In this document: positions 26,202 through 36,344 of the stretch, one piece after another
Layout of the letters: each line of letters starts with the position of its first letter
How positions within the stretch are numbered: position 1 is the stretch's first letter
Origin: an uncultured Roseburia sp.
GTDB taxonomy: Bacteria > Bacillota > Clostridia > Lachnospirales > Lachnospiraceae
Direction: 5' to 3'
Assembly: GCA_964476275.1 (NCBI GenBank)
Contig: CAYYZV010000001.1
Location: 1-39,398 of the forward strand
DNA length: 39,398 nt
The notes under the pieces: generated by a model
Told to the model about the DNA's origin: nothing
Database searches by the model: none
Seen by the model: the letters and a program-made list of their open reading frames with translations, nothing else
Made by a program: the position numbers and the translations under genes

Positions 26202-27742
26202 AGTTTCTCCTTTTCTTCCATCGTTACTGCATGGTATGGGATACCCTCCTGCTTCAAAATATCTCCCTCCCGCTTCTGGCAAGTAAATATAAATATCTGC
26301 TTCTTTGTCTTTTCAAGAGCCCTCAGCGTCTCTGTCAGCCTCTCATCATCATACATAGCAAACGCTTCATCTAAAAATATGGGCATTTCCTCCTCCGGCA
26401 TCATGACCGTTCCAACTGCCAGCCGAAGCGCCAGATAAATCTGCTCTAACGTTCCTCTGCTTAAAACTTCCGGCGTCACCTCACGCTCTTTCGCCAAAAT
26501 CCACAGCCTGCCATCCTTATCCAATCTGGCACTATCATAAGCACCCTTTGTCAAAAGAGAAATCCAGCGGGAAATCTCTCCGTTCAGTTCATCTGCCACT
26601 TCCAGATAATATTCCTCAGAAATCTTTTCAATATGACGTTCTGCCAGTTCCAGTGCCTCTATGTCCTCTTGTAATTCTAATTCTTCTAAAGGTATCTGTT
26701 CTAACTTCCTTTTCTCTTCTTCTATATTAATAATCTCATTTTCATTTTCCTGAAGATGCTCCTTTAACTGTGCCAGCATCTCTTTCGCATGCCTTAATAT
26801 TTCATTGTCTTCCATACCATTCCCTGTAATAAAATCGCTGTCATTCTCCATCCGGTGACAGGTATCGGATGCCCTTCTAAACATCACCAATATCACTGCT
26901 GCCGACAGCAATCCCACGAACATTGCTGCCGCCACTGGAAAAATCTTCAAAAAAGCCAATACTCCTGTTATTACAGTCAATGCTGACAATACCGCACTTA
27001 CTCCAAACTTTGTCCCCTTGCTTTCTTTTTTCTCACGGGAAGAAAACTTCTCATAAAGTTCCTGCTGCTCTTCTTCAAAAGCCTGAATCTGCTGACGTAA
27101 TTCTTTCGCATGTTCCTTTTGTATATTTAATTCTATTTCTTTTTGCGCTAAAACTCTCTGCCGTTCTTCTCTTTGCTTTTTCAATTCTCCTGTCAGCTCT
27201 CTTTGTCTGGCTGCCAGATTCTTTTTTGCCAAAAGCACAGAAACTGTACCGTTGCCGCCGCACTCTGCCTCTGCCAGATAAGCTGTCAAAAGCTCTGCCA
27301 TTGCTTTTCCGGTAACGGCACCGCTCTGCGGAATATCATAAGTATTTTCAAATTCTTCTCTTCCTATTCCGCCAAGGAGCACGTCCAAATCTCCGTAAGC
27401 AACATTCAGTTCTTCTCCATCTTTCTCATTTCGAAGATATTCCCTTTTATCCTTGCTGTAAAAATTCCGTTCTAAATAAAATTGTTTTCCATCTACGCGA
27501 AAACGCAGAGCACCGCTGTAAAAGGATGCAGCATGCCACGGCTCATATCTGCTGTAGACATCTCCTTTTGCACTTCGTCCCCTACCCTTTTCTATTCCAA
27601 ACAATATCCCCATCAAAAAGGCATGCAGTGTGGTCTTTCCCTGTTCATTTGCACCATAAATCACATTAATGCCTTCTTTAAATCGAAAATTTACATTTTG
27701 TAATTTTCCAAAATTAAAAATCTTTGCTTCTTCTATCTGCAT
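26192..27742 (-). CDS. YhaN/Rad50-like coiled-coil ATPase with an internal TM hairpin
   Basis: Walker A GANEQGKTT, coiled coil, two hydrophobic helices, LSRGT signature, IFLDE Walker B. Confidence 0.85.
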   Translation of the reverse strand: MQIEEAKIFNFGKLQNVNFRFKEGINVIYGANEQGKTTLHAFLMGILFGIEKGRGRSAKGDVYSRYEPWHAASFYSGALRFRVDGKQFYLERNFYSKDKREYLRNEKDGEELNVAYGDLDVLLGGIGREEFENTYDIPQSGAVTGKAMAELLTAYLAEAECGGNGTVSVLLAKKNLAARQRELTGELKKQREERQRVLAQKEIELNIQKEHAKELRQQIQAFEEEQQELYEKFSSREKKESKGTKFGVSAVLSALTVITGVLAFLKIFPVAAAMFVGLLSAAVILVMFRRASDTCHRMENDSDFITGNGMEDNEILRHAKEMLAQLKEHLQENENEIINIEEEKRKLEQIPLEELELQEDIEALELAERHIEKISEEYYLEVADELNGEISRWISLLTKGAYDSARLDKDGRLWILAKEREVTPEVLSRGTLEQIYLALRLAVGTVMMPEEEMPIFLDEAFAMYDDERLTETLRALEKTKKQIFIFTCQKREGDILKQEGIPYHAVTMEEKEKLWL

Positions 27743-27749
27743 ATCTCTC

Positions 27750-28820
27750 TTATCTGCATATTTTATGTCCTAAAAGTGCATTTACTCCATATTCTAATGC
27801 TTTCTTCGTCACCTGATTTTGCGGCATTTTCTGAAAATCAGCTATATATCGCCCCAAAAGGGAATCCGGTTCCTCTGTCCGCATTTTCTCATAATCATAA
27901 TCAGGTCTTAACTCGGATACCACATCTACAATCTGCCCCATTTGCTCCAAGCGCAAAAAATCATATCTGCTGTCCGGATTTACACATCCTTTTAAAAAGA
28001 TACGATAAAGCATATATTCTTCCCCTGCTTTCGTACATTCCCTCACTAGCTTTTCCAAGTGAAGCTGCGTAAAATGCGGCATTACCTGAATTGTTTCATG
28101 GTGGTATTCGCATTTTCGAATCGGGTAAAAAGACAAATCTGTCTGCACTTCTCCGCCTTTTTTTATAATCTCTCCAATCCAATATCCATGAGGTCCCACA
28201 TCGTTGCAGTCCACAGGCTCTAAAGCACCTGCCATAACTGCCCGTCCCTCCACTAACTGACTACCTTTGTGAATGTGTCCTGCTGCTATGTAATCAATTC
28301 CATTCGCTAATATCTGTCGAGGTGAAAACGGAATCTGCTTTGCCTCTCCTCCATGTGCCAGCAATACATGAATCCAACTGGTATCTGATATTTCTATTTC
28401 ATCATAGATTCTTTCCGAAATCTGTTGATGCCAGTAACTCATGCCATAGATCGAAACCTTCATTTCCGGAAAATCAAAGGAACTTATCTCTTCCGTCTTA
28501 AAAAAATACACATTCTCTTCCCACGGAAAATTCAGATAATACGATTTCGGCTGTAAATGATCATGATTACCCGCCATTAAAAGAATCTTTACCTGAGGTA
28601 TCTGTCCAAATAAATAATTTACTTCTTTCAACTCTCTTTTTAAAGGCTGCCTGTGAAACAAATCTCCAGATATGAAAAAAAACTCCACCTGCTGCCGTCC
28701 TGCTTCCCTTACAGCCTCTGCAAAAGAATCCCAAATATCCTGCGCACGTTTCTTACTCCAGCTCTTTCCCGCATCCGGCTCTGCCCCAAGATGTACATCT
28801 GATATATGCATAAACTTCAT
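27750..28820 (-). CDS. YhaO/SbcD/Mre11-like metallophosphoesterase nuclease
   Basis: DVH, GDLFH, GNHD, AHG, GHIH; start MKFMHISD at 28820 (GGAGG RBS). Confidence 0.9.
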   Translation of the reverse strand: MKFMHISDVHLGAEPDAGKSWSKKRAQDIWDSFAEAVREAGRQQVEFFFISGDLFHRQPLKRELKEVNYLFGQIPQVKILLMAGNHDHLQPKSYYLNFPWEENVYFFKTEEISSFDFPEMKVSIYGMSYWHQQISERIYDEIEISDTSWIHVLLAHGGEAKQIPFSPRQILANGIDYIAAGHIHKGSQLVEGRAVMAGALEPVDCNDVGPHGYWIGEIIKKGGEVQTDLSFYPIRKCEYHHETIQVMPHFTQLHLEKLVRECTKAGEEYMLYRIFLKGCVNPDSRYDFLRLEQMGQIVDVVSELRPDYDYEKMRTEEPDSLLGRYIADFQKMPQNQVTKKALEYGVNALLGHKICR

Positions 28821-28847
28821 CTGCAACCACCTCCGAATATACGTTCT

Positions 28848-28907
28848 ATCATAACATATAATACCTTCATTTACAAACCTTTCTATAGTATTTGTAAATG
28901 AAGGCAT
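28848..28907 (-). terminator. Hairpin after spoVT overlapping the sigma-A promoter of the nuclease operon
   Basis: 17-bp inverted repeat (28861-28877 / 28891-28907); TTGTAA-17-TATGAT with TG extension. Confidence 0.55.
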
Positions 28908-28929
28908 TCTTATTATTTTATTCCGCTCG

Positions 28930-29478
28930 CTACTGCTCCATCTGTCTTCCCAAAAACCCGGCAGCTGCCGTCGCAAGCTTCCCTTCTGCTTCACTAAGCT
29001 TATTTTTTTCGTCACGCGAGCAGAGAATCACTGCACCAATCGCATCCCCTTCACAAATGATAGTGCTTATTGCCTGTGATGAAAACTCGCCTGTATCATC
29101 TATTGTAATCTTAATAAAGCCGGATTCTTCTCTTGATGCCAAAAAATTTTTCCTTGCACTAATCGCATCCTCTAGCTGCTTACTGATTGGTTTACTCTCA
29201 AAATCTCTTCGTCCCGCACCGGATACTGCCACCACATGATCGCAGTCTGTAATCACTACCAAATATCCGGTGGTTTGAGAAAGACTTTCCGCATATTCCC
29301 CCGCAAACTGCGAAAGTTCACCGATCGGAGAATATTTTTTTAGAATAATTTCTCCTTCTCTGTCGGTAAATATTTCCAAAGGATCGCCCTCACGGATTCT
29401 TAAAGTTCTTCTAATCTCCTTTGGCACCACAATTCTTCCAAGATCATCAATACGTCGTACAATCCCTGTTGCTTTCAT
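28930..29478 (-). CDS. spoVT: Stage V sporulation protein T
   Basis: MKATGIVRRIDDLGRIVVPKEIRRTLRIREGDPLEIF...ILKKYSPIGEL plus a GAF-like C-terminus ending FLGRQME. Confidence 0.96.
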   Translation of the reverse strand: MKATGIVRRIDDLGRIVVPKEIRRTLRIREGDPLEIFTDREGEIILKKYSPIGELSQFAGEYAESLSQTTGYLVVITDCDHVVAVSGAGRRDFESKPISKQLEDAISARKNFLASREESGFIKITIDDTGEFSSQAISTIICEGDAIGAVILCSRDEKNKLSEAEGKLATAAAGFLGRQMEQ

Positions 29479-29511
29479 ATATAAATCTCCTTTTAATTCA
29501 AATCGTGATGT

Positions 29512-29540
29512 TATTATCTACAAAAAAAGGATATTTATAC
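29512..29540 (-). promoter_or_regulatory. Forespore sigma-G/F-type promoter of spoVT
   Basis: GTATA-17 bp-GATAATA, against the sigma-G consensus GHATR-N17/18-CATAHTA. Confidence 0.55.
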
Positions 29541-29594
29541 TAGGAGATTAGCCTTTCTTCAAATTCACTTCACCGCAAAAAAGAGCATCCTCTC

Positions 29595-30281
29595 TTATTC
29601 CTTTGCTGCCGGATATTCATTGCACAATAATCGATACGGAGCTTCATCCTCTTCAATTGTAGGAAATCGTCCTACCGGCGCGTGAAAACGATTGTCTGTA
29701 TTATCATCATTGCACATCGATACTTCTCCTATCAGCACATCGCCGGTTCCCGGCTTTACATCGAAGTCATGGTACTGATGCGGCCAAAGTGTAATACTTT
29801 CTCCCGGTTTTAATTCCACACCTGTTCCTGCAGGTACATAATAAGAACGTCCATCACTATTTACCAGTACATCTGACTTGCCAAGTTCTCCATCTTCATC
29901 ATTATAAACATGAATGATCAATGTTCCGCCTCCGCGGTTAATAATATCCTCTGACTTTACCCAATGAAAATGCATCGGAGAATGCTGTCCTTCCTTCAAC
30001 ATCAAAAGCTTCTCTGCATATACTTTTTTATATTTTGGATTATGCTGATTTCCATTTCTCAGCGTAATCAATGCAAATCCAACCTTCTCAAAATCGCCAA
30101 GACCATAGTCTGTAATATCCCATCCTAACATATTGTCCCGGATTTCATCATAATCATGCCCTTTTTCTTCCCACTCTTCGGGTGTCCAGTTACAAAACGG
30201 CGGCAGATGAAATCCATTTTCCTTTACTAATGTTTCCATTTCTCTGATATATTTATTAATTTCTGAACGCTTCATAACCAT
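29595..30281 (-). CDS. D-lyxose/D-mannose family sugar isomerase (cupin)
   Basis: MKRSEIN, LGWDITD, YAEK, SPMHFH.K.EDIINRGGG, GEVSMCNDD. Confidence 0.88.
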   Translation of the reverse strand: MVMKRSEINKYIREMETLVKENGFHLPPFCNWTPEEWEEKGHDYDEIRDNMLGWDITDYGLGDFEKVGFALITLRNGNQHNPKYKKVYAEKLLMLKEGQHSPMHFHWVKSEDIINRGGGTLIIHVYNDEDGELGKSDVLVNSDGRSYYVPAGTGVELKPGESITLWPHQYHDFDVKPGTGDVLIGEVSMCNDDNTDNRFHAPVGRFPTIEEDEAPYRLLCNEYPAAKE

Positions 30282-30440
30282 TCTCCCTTCACAATTTTCC
30301 GTAGAACTATCTGCCTATTTTTAGCTAAAATTATTGTACACTTTCTGATACTCTCTTTTCAACAATAAATCAGAAAAAGGATGACTATTATTATATTTCT
30401 TGTTAGAATTATGTAAAAGAAATACAAGGAGATAAATTCT

Positions 30441-31457
30441 ATGCGCGCTTTATTTATTGGGGGAACCGGCACCATTAGCATGGCAATTACCAGACAACTG
30501 GCAGCTGATCCAAACTGGGAGTTATATTTATTAAATCGTGGAAACCGTTCTGCAGAATTACCGGAACAGGTACACAGCATTATCGCAGATATTTCGAACG
30601 AAGCTGACTGCCGTGAAAAGCTAAAAGATTTACAATTTGATGTGGTATGCGATTTTATCGCTTTTACAAAAGATCAAGTGGAACGGGATTACCGCTTATT
30701 TGATGGAAAAACAAAACAATACATTTATATCAGCTCTGCTTCTGCCTATCAGAAACCCGCAGCCAACGTCATCATTACAGAAAGTACTCCGCTTGCAAAT
30801 CCTTACTGGGAATATTCCCGCAATAAAATTGCCTGCGAAGAGTTTCTTATGAAAATGTACCGTGAAAATGGCTTCCCTGTTACCATTGTACGCCCAAGCC
30901 ATACCTACGATGAACGCAAGGTACCGGTAGGTATCCATGGTTCTAAAGGCAACTGGCAGATTATAAAACGAATGCTGAATGGAAAACCGGTAATCATTCA
31001 TGGCGATGGTACTTCTCTTTGGACTATGACTCATAATACCGATTTTGCCAAAGGCTTTATTGGATTAATGGGCAACATTCATGCTTTAGGGGAAAGCTTT
31101 CATATTACTTCCGATGAATCTGTAACCTGGAACCAGATTTATCAAATCATCGCAGATGCCTTAGGAGTAAAACTTCATGCCTATCATATAACCTCTGAAT
31201 TCCTGGCAGCTACCGGAAAATATGATTTACAGGGCAGTCTTCTCGGTGACAAGGCAAACTCTGTCATCTTTGATAACAGTAAATTAAAACGTGTTGTTCC
31301 GGAATTTACCGCAACAACCCGTCTTGATCAGGGCATTCGTCAGGCGCTTGACTATATGTTAAGCCATCCGGAATGCCAGACTCCGGATCCGGAATTTGAC
31401 CAGTGGTGTGATAATGTGATTAATGCCTTAGAACAGGCAAAGCTGATACTTTCATAA
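30441..31457 (+). CDS. NAD-dependent epimerase/dehydratase (extended SDR)
   Basis: GGTGTIS, ISSASAY, YSRNK, RPSHTY. Confidence 0.9.
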   Translation: MRALFIGGTGTISMAITRQLAADPNWELYLLNRGNRSAELPEQVHSIIADISNEADCREKLKDLQFDVVCDFIAFTKDQVERDYRLFDGKTKQYIYISSASAYQKPAANVIITESTPLANPYWEYSRNKIACEEFLMKMYRENGFPVTIVRPSHTYDERKVPVGIHGSKGNWQIIKRMLNGKPVIIHGDGTSLWTMTHNTDFAKGFIGLMGNIHALGESFHITSDESVTWNQIYQIIADALGVKLHAYHITSEFLAATGKYDLQGSLLGDKANSVIFDNSKLKRVVPEFTATTRLDQGIRQALDYMLSHPECQTPDPEFDQWCDNVINALEQAKLILS

Positions 31458-31458
31458 T

Positions 31459-31604
31459 TTGTAACTATTCAGAACCAAGGCAATTTTTATAAAAAGCAAG
31501 CGTTCAGCTTGCTGAAACGATTGCTTTTTTGAAAATTTTTTTGGTGAGAAGCCACAGTTGGAAAATGCAAAGAATTTTCCAGCTGTGGCTCTGAATAGTT
31601 ATAA
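31459..31604. mobile_element. MITE/REP-like element (~146 bp) with 15-bp terminal inverted repeats
   Basis: TTGTAACTATTCAGA ... TCTGAATAGTTATAA (14/15 match) enclosing two hairpins; fills the gap between convergent genes. Confidence 0.55.
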
Positions 31605-31612
31605 TAAAAACC

Positions 31613-32971
31613 TTATAACAAGAAATATTTCAATACAAATAATACTGCTAAAACATACATAAGCGGTGTGATTTTCTTTGCCTTGCCAGCAACTAAGTTG
31701 ATTACAACATAAGAAATAACACCGATTGCAATACCTTCTGAAATGCTGTACATTAATGGCATTGCAATTAAGCAAAGGTATGCCGGAAGAGCTTCTGTAA
31801 TATCATCAAAGTCGATTTCTGCAACAGTTGAAACCATTAAGAATCCAACATAAATTAAAGCTGGTGCTGTAGCAAATCCCGGAATCGTTGTAAACACTGG
31901 TGCAAGGAAAATTGACAGCAAGAATAAAAATCCTGTTACTACAGATGCTAAACCTGTTCTGGCACCTTCTACTACACCTGCTGAGCTTTCAACAAAGGTT
32001 GTTGTTGTAGATGTACCAAGCACTGCACCTACTGAAGTCGCAATCGCATCTGCTAAAAGTGCTTCCTTTACTCTTGGAAGCTTTCCGTTCTCATCTAACA
32101 TATCAGCCTTATTTGCCACACCAATCAAGGTTCCTAAGGTATCAAACATATCTACAAATAAGAACGCAAAAATAATTACAATAAAATCTGTGATACGAAC
32201 ATTGCTTAAATCTGCGGTGAAGCACTGTCCAAAGGTCTGGCCAATTGCACCTATATTAAAATCTGACCATGATGGGAATAATGAGTAGAAACCAGCTTCA
32301 GCATCTACTACATAAATGCCCATTGCCTGACAAATCATACCTAAAATCCATGTTGCAAGAATACCGATTAAAATAGCACCCTTTACTCTTTTAACATTTA
32401 AAATGGCAATTATAAACAAACCAACTAAAGCAAGCACTGCACTGATACCAACTGTGCTGAAATTCTCTCTAAAGTTTACTACTGTAACTAAGGTAGAATC
32501 ACTGTTTACTACTAAGTGTCCGTTTTGTAAGCCAATAAAGGCCACGAATAAACCAAGGCCTACCGATACACCTTTTTTCAAGGTTAATGGAATAGCATTA
32601 AAAATTGCTTCACGCACATTTGTCAAGGATAATAGAATAAATATTAAACCTTCTGCAAATACTGCCAATAAAGCAAACTGCCATGAATAGCCCATCTGCC
32701 CGCATACGGTATATGCAAAGTATGCATTTAACCCAAGACCCGGTGCCAATGCAAATGGATAGTTTGCCAACAATGCCATAGCAAGTGTTCCAATGAAAGA
32801 TGCAATAGCTGTTGCCATAAGAATTGCATTTTTATCCATTCCAGAGGCAGATAAAATACTTGGGTTTACTGCTAAGATATATGCCATTGTCATAAACGTT
32901 GTGATACCGCCAATGACTTCTGTCTTAACAGTAGTATTGTTCTCTTTGAGTTTGAACATTTTCTCTAACAT
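31613..32971 (-). CDS. NCS2/AzgA-family guanine/hypoxanthine permease
   Basis: TTFMTMAYILAVNP, APGLGLNAYF, FVDMFDTLGTL, TTTTFVESSAGV.EGARTG. Confidence 0.92.
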   Translation of the reverse strand: MLEKMFKLKENNTTVKTEVIGGITTFMTMAYILAVNPSILSASGMDKNAILMATAIASFIGTLAMALLANYPFALAPGLGLNAYFAYTVCGQMGYSWQFALLAVFAEGLIFILLSLTNVREAIFNAIPLTLKKGVSVGLGLFVAFIGLQNGHLVVNSDSTLVTVVNFRENFSTVGISAVLALVGLFIIAILNVKRVKGAILIGILATWILGMICQAMGIYVVDAEAGFYSLFPSWSDFNIGAIGQTFGQCFTADLSNVRITDFIVIIFAFLFVDMFDTLGTLIGVANKADMLDENGKLPRVKEALLADAIATSVGAVLGTSTTTTFVESSAGVVEGARTGLASVVTGFLFLLSIFLAPVFTTIPGFATAPALIYVGFLMVSTVAEIDFDDITEALPAYLCLIAMPLMYSISEGIAIGVISYVVINLVAGKAKKITPLMYVLAVLFVLKYFLL

Positions 32972-33007
32972 AATGTCTCTCCTTTATCTCTATTAATGTA
33001 ACTAATA

Positions 33008-33077
33008 AATGTCCCTGTAGTTATCATTTCCATGACAACTACAGAGACATTATCTGCTAAAACCGGAAAAAAATCAA
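33008..33077 (-). promoter_or_regulatory. 20-bp hairpin overlapping the NCS2 promoter
   Basis: TTGATT-17-GATAAT; stem 33008-33027 / 33032-33051 has a GGAA loop and two G-U pairs in the minus-strand RNA. Confidence 0.55.
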
Positions 33078-33103
33078 TCCCTTTTATTCTGTTCCGTATT
33101 ATT

Positions 33104-33919
33104 TTACACCAATTCTTCTACGCATACCCTTTTGGTTATCGATAAATCAACTGATCTTCCTCTGCATTCTACGATCGGATATAATAAATCATATTTATTT
33201 ATCATTACAATCTTTCCTGTAGAACCATCACTTAAAACAGCCGTTCTATTTAATGCCTTTTCCACTGTATTTTCTATAAATATCTGTACAAGTCCTGAAT
33301 CCAGCTTTCTGCTGCCTTCATCCTCCATCTTCTGTAAGGCTATTAAAATCGGCCAGCCGCATTCTCCTTTATACTTCATTGTATAGATATCATAAGCATC
33401 TGCCACTGCTACTGCACGTGCAATTTTATTAATCTGGCCTCCGCTTAATCTAAGCGGAAAACCATTACCATCTATTCTCTCGTGATGTCCCAGCACAGCC
33501 TTTATTACTTCTCCATCTATTTTTAAATTCTTCAACAGATGGTTTCCTTCCGTTATATGCTTTTCATAGCCATTTCCCTGCAGCTCATCCTTGAACGGAA
33601 TCTTTCTTTTTTTCTTTCCAATCATCTGAAATAATCCAATATCATGCAGTATTCCGGCCAAGGCTGTATATTCTAACTCTTTTTCATCCCACTTCGACCA
33701 CACTCCAATCTGCTGAGTCAATATTGATACACTGACCAAATGCCCAAAAAGCTCTTTCTCCTGTTCTTTTATTTCATTCAGAAGTGCAGTCACTTTTTCA
33801 TATTCTTCAAGCTTTCTTATCGCTTCATTTAATCGCTCTAACAATTCGCTGACATGAAACTTCTTTTCATCTATTATTTCTTTTAAATTTTCTGAAAAAT
33901 CAACTTCTGTTATTATCAT
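33104..33919 (-). CDS. HD-GYP domain protein (GFP variant)
   Basis: LHDIG, HHERIDGNGFP, ADAYD; start MIITE at 33919 (GGAGG RBS). Confidence 0.85.
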   Translation of the reverse strand: MIITEVDFSENLKEIIDEKKFHVSELLERLNEAIRKLEEYEKVTALLNEIKEQEKELFGHLVSVSILTQQIGVWSKWDEKELEYTALAGILHDIGLFQMIGKKKRKIPFKDELQGNGYEKHITEGNHLLKNLKIDGEVIKAVLGHHERIDGNGFPLRLSGGQINKIARAVAVADAYDIYTMKYKGECGWPILIALQKMEDEGSRKLDSGLVQIFIENTVEKALNRTAVLSDGSTGKIVMINKYDLLYPIVECRGRSVDLSITKRVCVEELV

Positions 33920-34026
33920 CTTCCGCGCTTCCTCCAAACCATTTTCTAGTACTATCGTATCATATTGTTTTTGTATATACAAGGCGCAATTCCATTGTAT
34001 ACAAATTTTCAAGCCAATTTCTAGTA

Positions 34027-34779
34027 CTATTTAATACAAGCCAAAAAGCTCTGCAATCGTTCGCTCTTTGGATGTTCAAACACTTCTTCCGGTGTTCCCT
34101 CTTCTTTAATAATCTTCTCATCAAAGAACATAACACGATTTGCTACCTCTTTCGCAAATCCCATTTCATGTGTAACCACCACCATCGTCATGCCTTCTTT
34201 GGCCAAATCCTTCATCAGGGACAATACTTCTCCAACCATTTCCGGATCTAATGCAGAAGTTGGTTCATCAAACAGCAGAATCTTTGGATTCATTGCCAGG
34301 GCACGAATAATCGCAATACGCTGCTTCTGTCCGCCTGATAACGTATCCGGATAAGCATCCGCTTTATCTGCAAGGCCTACACGCTCCAACAATTCCATAG
34401 CCAGCTTATCTGCTTCTTCCCGGCTCATATGTCCGGTTTTGACTGGTGCCAATGTAACATTTCCAAGAATCGTTAAATTCGGAAACAAATTAAAATGCTG
34501 AAATACCATACCTACCTTCTGACGGATTTTATTAATATCCACCTTTTTATCTGTGATATTTTCACCATCCACATAGATTGCACCCTTTGTTGGCTGTTCT
34601 AACAGATTCAATGTACGAATAAACGTCGATTTCCCGCAGCCGGAAGGCCCGATAATAGCAATAATATCACCTTTGTTAATTTCTGTATTAATATTCTCTA
34701 AAACAACATCCCTTCCGAATGCCTTTGTCATATTTTCTACTTTAATAATACATTCCTTAGTCATATACCTGTCTCTCAT
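34027..34779 (-). CDS. glnQ: Polar amino acid ABC transporter ATP-binding protein (GlnQ-like)
   Basis: [37 protein letters not shown]; the start may be 34764. Confidence 0.9.
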   Translation of the reverse strand: MRDRYMTKECIIKVENMTKAFGRDVVLENINTEINKGDIIAIIGPSGCGKSTFIRTLNLLEQPTKGAIYVDGENITDKKVDINKIRQKVGMVFQHFNLFPNLTILGNVTLAPVKTGHMSREEADKLAMELLERVGLADKADAYPDTLSGGQKQRIAIIRALAMNPKILLFDEPTSALDPEMVGEVLSLMKDLAKEGMTMVVVTHEMGFAKEVANRVMFFDEKIIKEEGTPEEVFEHPKSERLQSFLACIK

Positions 34780-36262
34780 TCTTCTTTAAATTTTTCTCAA
34801 GCTTCCGGACAACTGCTGTTAAAAGCATAACAATCACCAAATAAACAGCAGCTACCGTAATCAATGGTAAAAATGCCTGATAGGTATTGCTTCGAATAAT
34901 ATTTCCTGCCATTGTTAAATCCTGCAGACCAATATAGCCGGAAATAGCCGTTTCTTTAATCAGAACAATAAACTCATTTGCCAAAGATGGCAGTGTATTT
35001 TTCAAAGCCTGCGGCAAAATGACATAACGCATCGTCTGTGCGTGTGTAAGTCCTAAACTTCTGGCACCTTCAAACTGCCCCTGGTCTAAAGACATAATTC
35101 CGCCTCGCAGAATCTCAGCCACATAAGCACCGGAATTGATACCAAACGCCAAAGCAGCTACTACTACTTTATTAATATTTGTAGAAGCAAAAATAACATA
35201 GTAAATAATTAAAAGCTGTATCATCGCCGGTGTACCGCGGATAATCGTCAGATACACATGGCAGAGCGTATTTAATACTTTCATACTGCCGGTTTTATCA
35301 TGAGTTGCTCTGATAATCGCCACACAGAAACCAATTGCCACACCAAGTACTACCGCCATTAAAGAAATTAAAACCGTATTACCCAAGCCCTGAAGTAAAT
35401 ACACATATCGATTATCTTCAATAAAGCACTGATAGAAACTGTCCTTAATAGAGGTTGCTGCACTGCCGTTACCATTTCTTACGATAATAACCTGTTTCGA
35501 AGTTGTATATGGATCTGAAAAATTGATATTTTTTAACCGATCTTCTGTTACCGTCATACCAGCCACACCAATGTCTGCTTTACCGCCCTGTACTGCAGTA
35601 ATAATAGAATCGAATTCCATATCTTCGATAACCAGTTTTTTATTCAATTTATCTGCAATCGCTCTTGCCATTTCTGCATCAATACCTACAATACTATTGT
35701 CTGCATAATATTCATACGGCGGAAACGCTGCGTTTGTTGCCATAACCAGCTCACCATTTGCATAATCCAATCCCTCCGGACTAATATATGCCAAGCCTTC
35801 TACTTCTCCATCTGTAATGTAATGATTAATAATCGCATCTAACGTACCATCTGCGATAATTTCTGCCAGAGCCTTATTTATATCCTCTTCTAAGCTGTCA
35901 TTTCCCTTAGCAATTACAATTGCATACTCCTCTAAGGTAAATTCTTCATCCAGAATACTTAAATCGCTGTTGCGCTTCACATATTCTTTCGCAGGCTGCT
36001 CATCGATAATCACACAGTCAATTTTGCCATTTTTTAAAGAAGAAATCGCGTCATTTCCCTTACTGTAACGTTCTACAACCGTCCCTGCTTTGTCTCCTTC
36101 ATAATCACTGGCATAAGTATCTCCTACTGTACCAATCTGAACACCAATCTTTTTTCCTTCTAAATCCTCCACACTTTTTACATCAGAGGCTCCTGCCTTA
36201 GAGCCGCAGCCTGTCATAACAAATGTCAAAAGTATGATAAATAACCCTATCTTTTTCTTCAT
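34757..36262 (-). CDS. Polar amino acid ABC transporter: fused substrate-binding regions plus permease
   Basis: Lipobox MTGC; family-3 SBP motifs ([18 protein letters not shown]); RGTP and [10 protein letters not shown] permease motifs. Confidence 0.9.
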   Translation of the reverse strand: MKKKIGLFIILLTFVMTGCGSKAGASDVKSVEDLEGKKIGVQIGTVGDTYASDYEGDKAGTVVERYSKGNDAISSLKNGKIDCVIIDEQPAKEYVKRNSDLSILDEEFTLEEYAIVIAKGNDSLEEDINKALAEIIADGTLDAIINHYITDGEVEGLAYISPEGLDYANGELVMATNAAFPPYEYYADNSIVGIDAEMARAIADKLNKKLVIEDMEFDSIITAVQGGKADIGVAGMTVTEDRLKNINFSDPYTTSKQVIIVRNGNGSAATSIKDSFYQCFIEDNRYVYLLQGLGNTVLISLMAVVLGVAIGFCVAIIRATHDKTGSMKVLNTLCHVYLTIIRGTPAMIQLLIIYYVIFASTNINKVVVAALAFGINSGAYVAEILRGGIMSLDQGQFEGARSLGLTHAQTMRYVILPQALKNTLPSLANEFIVLIKETAISGYIGLQDLTMAGNIIRSNTYQAFLPLITVAAVYLVIVMLLTAVVRKLEKNLKKNERQVYD

Positions 36263-36278
36263 TTTCTTCTCTTTCCAT

Positions 36279-36326
36279 AAAATGTGCCTGCCAACCTCAC
36301 ATTATTTTCAGGTACCGGCAGGCACA
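36279..36326 (-). terminator. Probable terminator after the LTA synthase gene
   Basis: TGTGCCTGCC / GGCAGGCACA stem followed by TTTT on the minus strand. Confidence 0.6.
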
Positions 36327-36344
36327 AATCAACCTTATTTTTTC

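Noticed and set aside
32972..33103. Purine riboswitch expected upstream of the NCS2 permease
   Set aside because: No UUUCUAC or CCGUAAA core and no three-way junction; only one hairpin and a short leader
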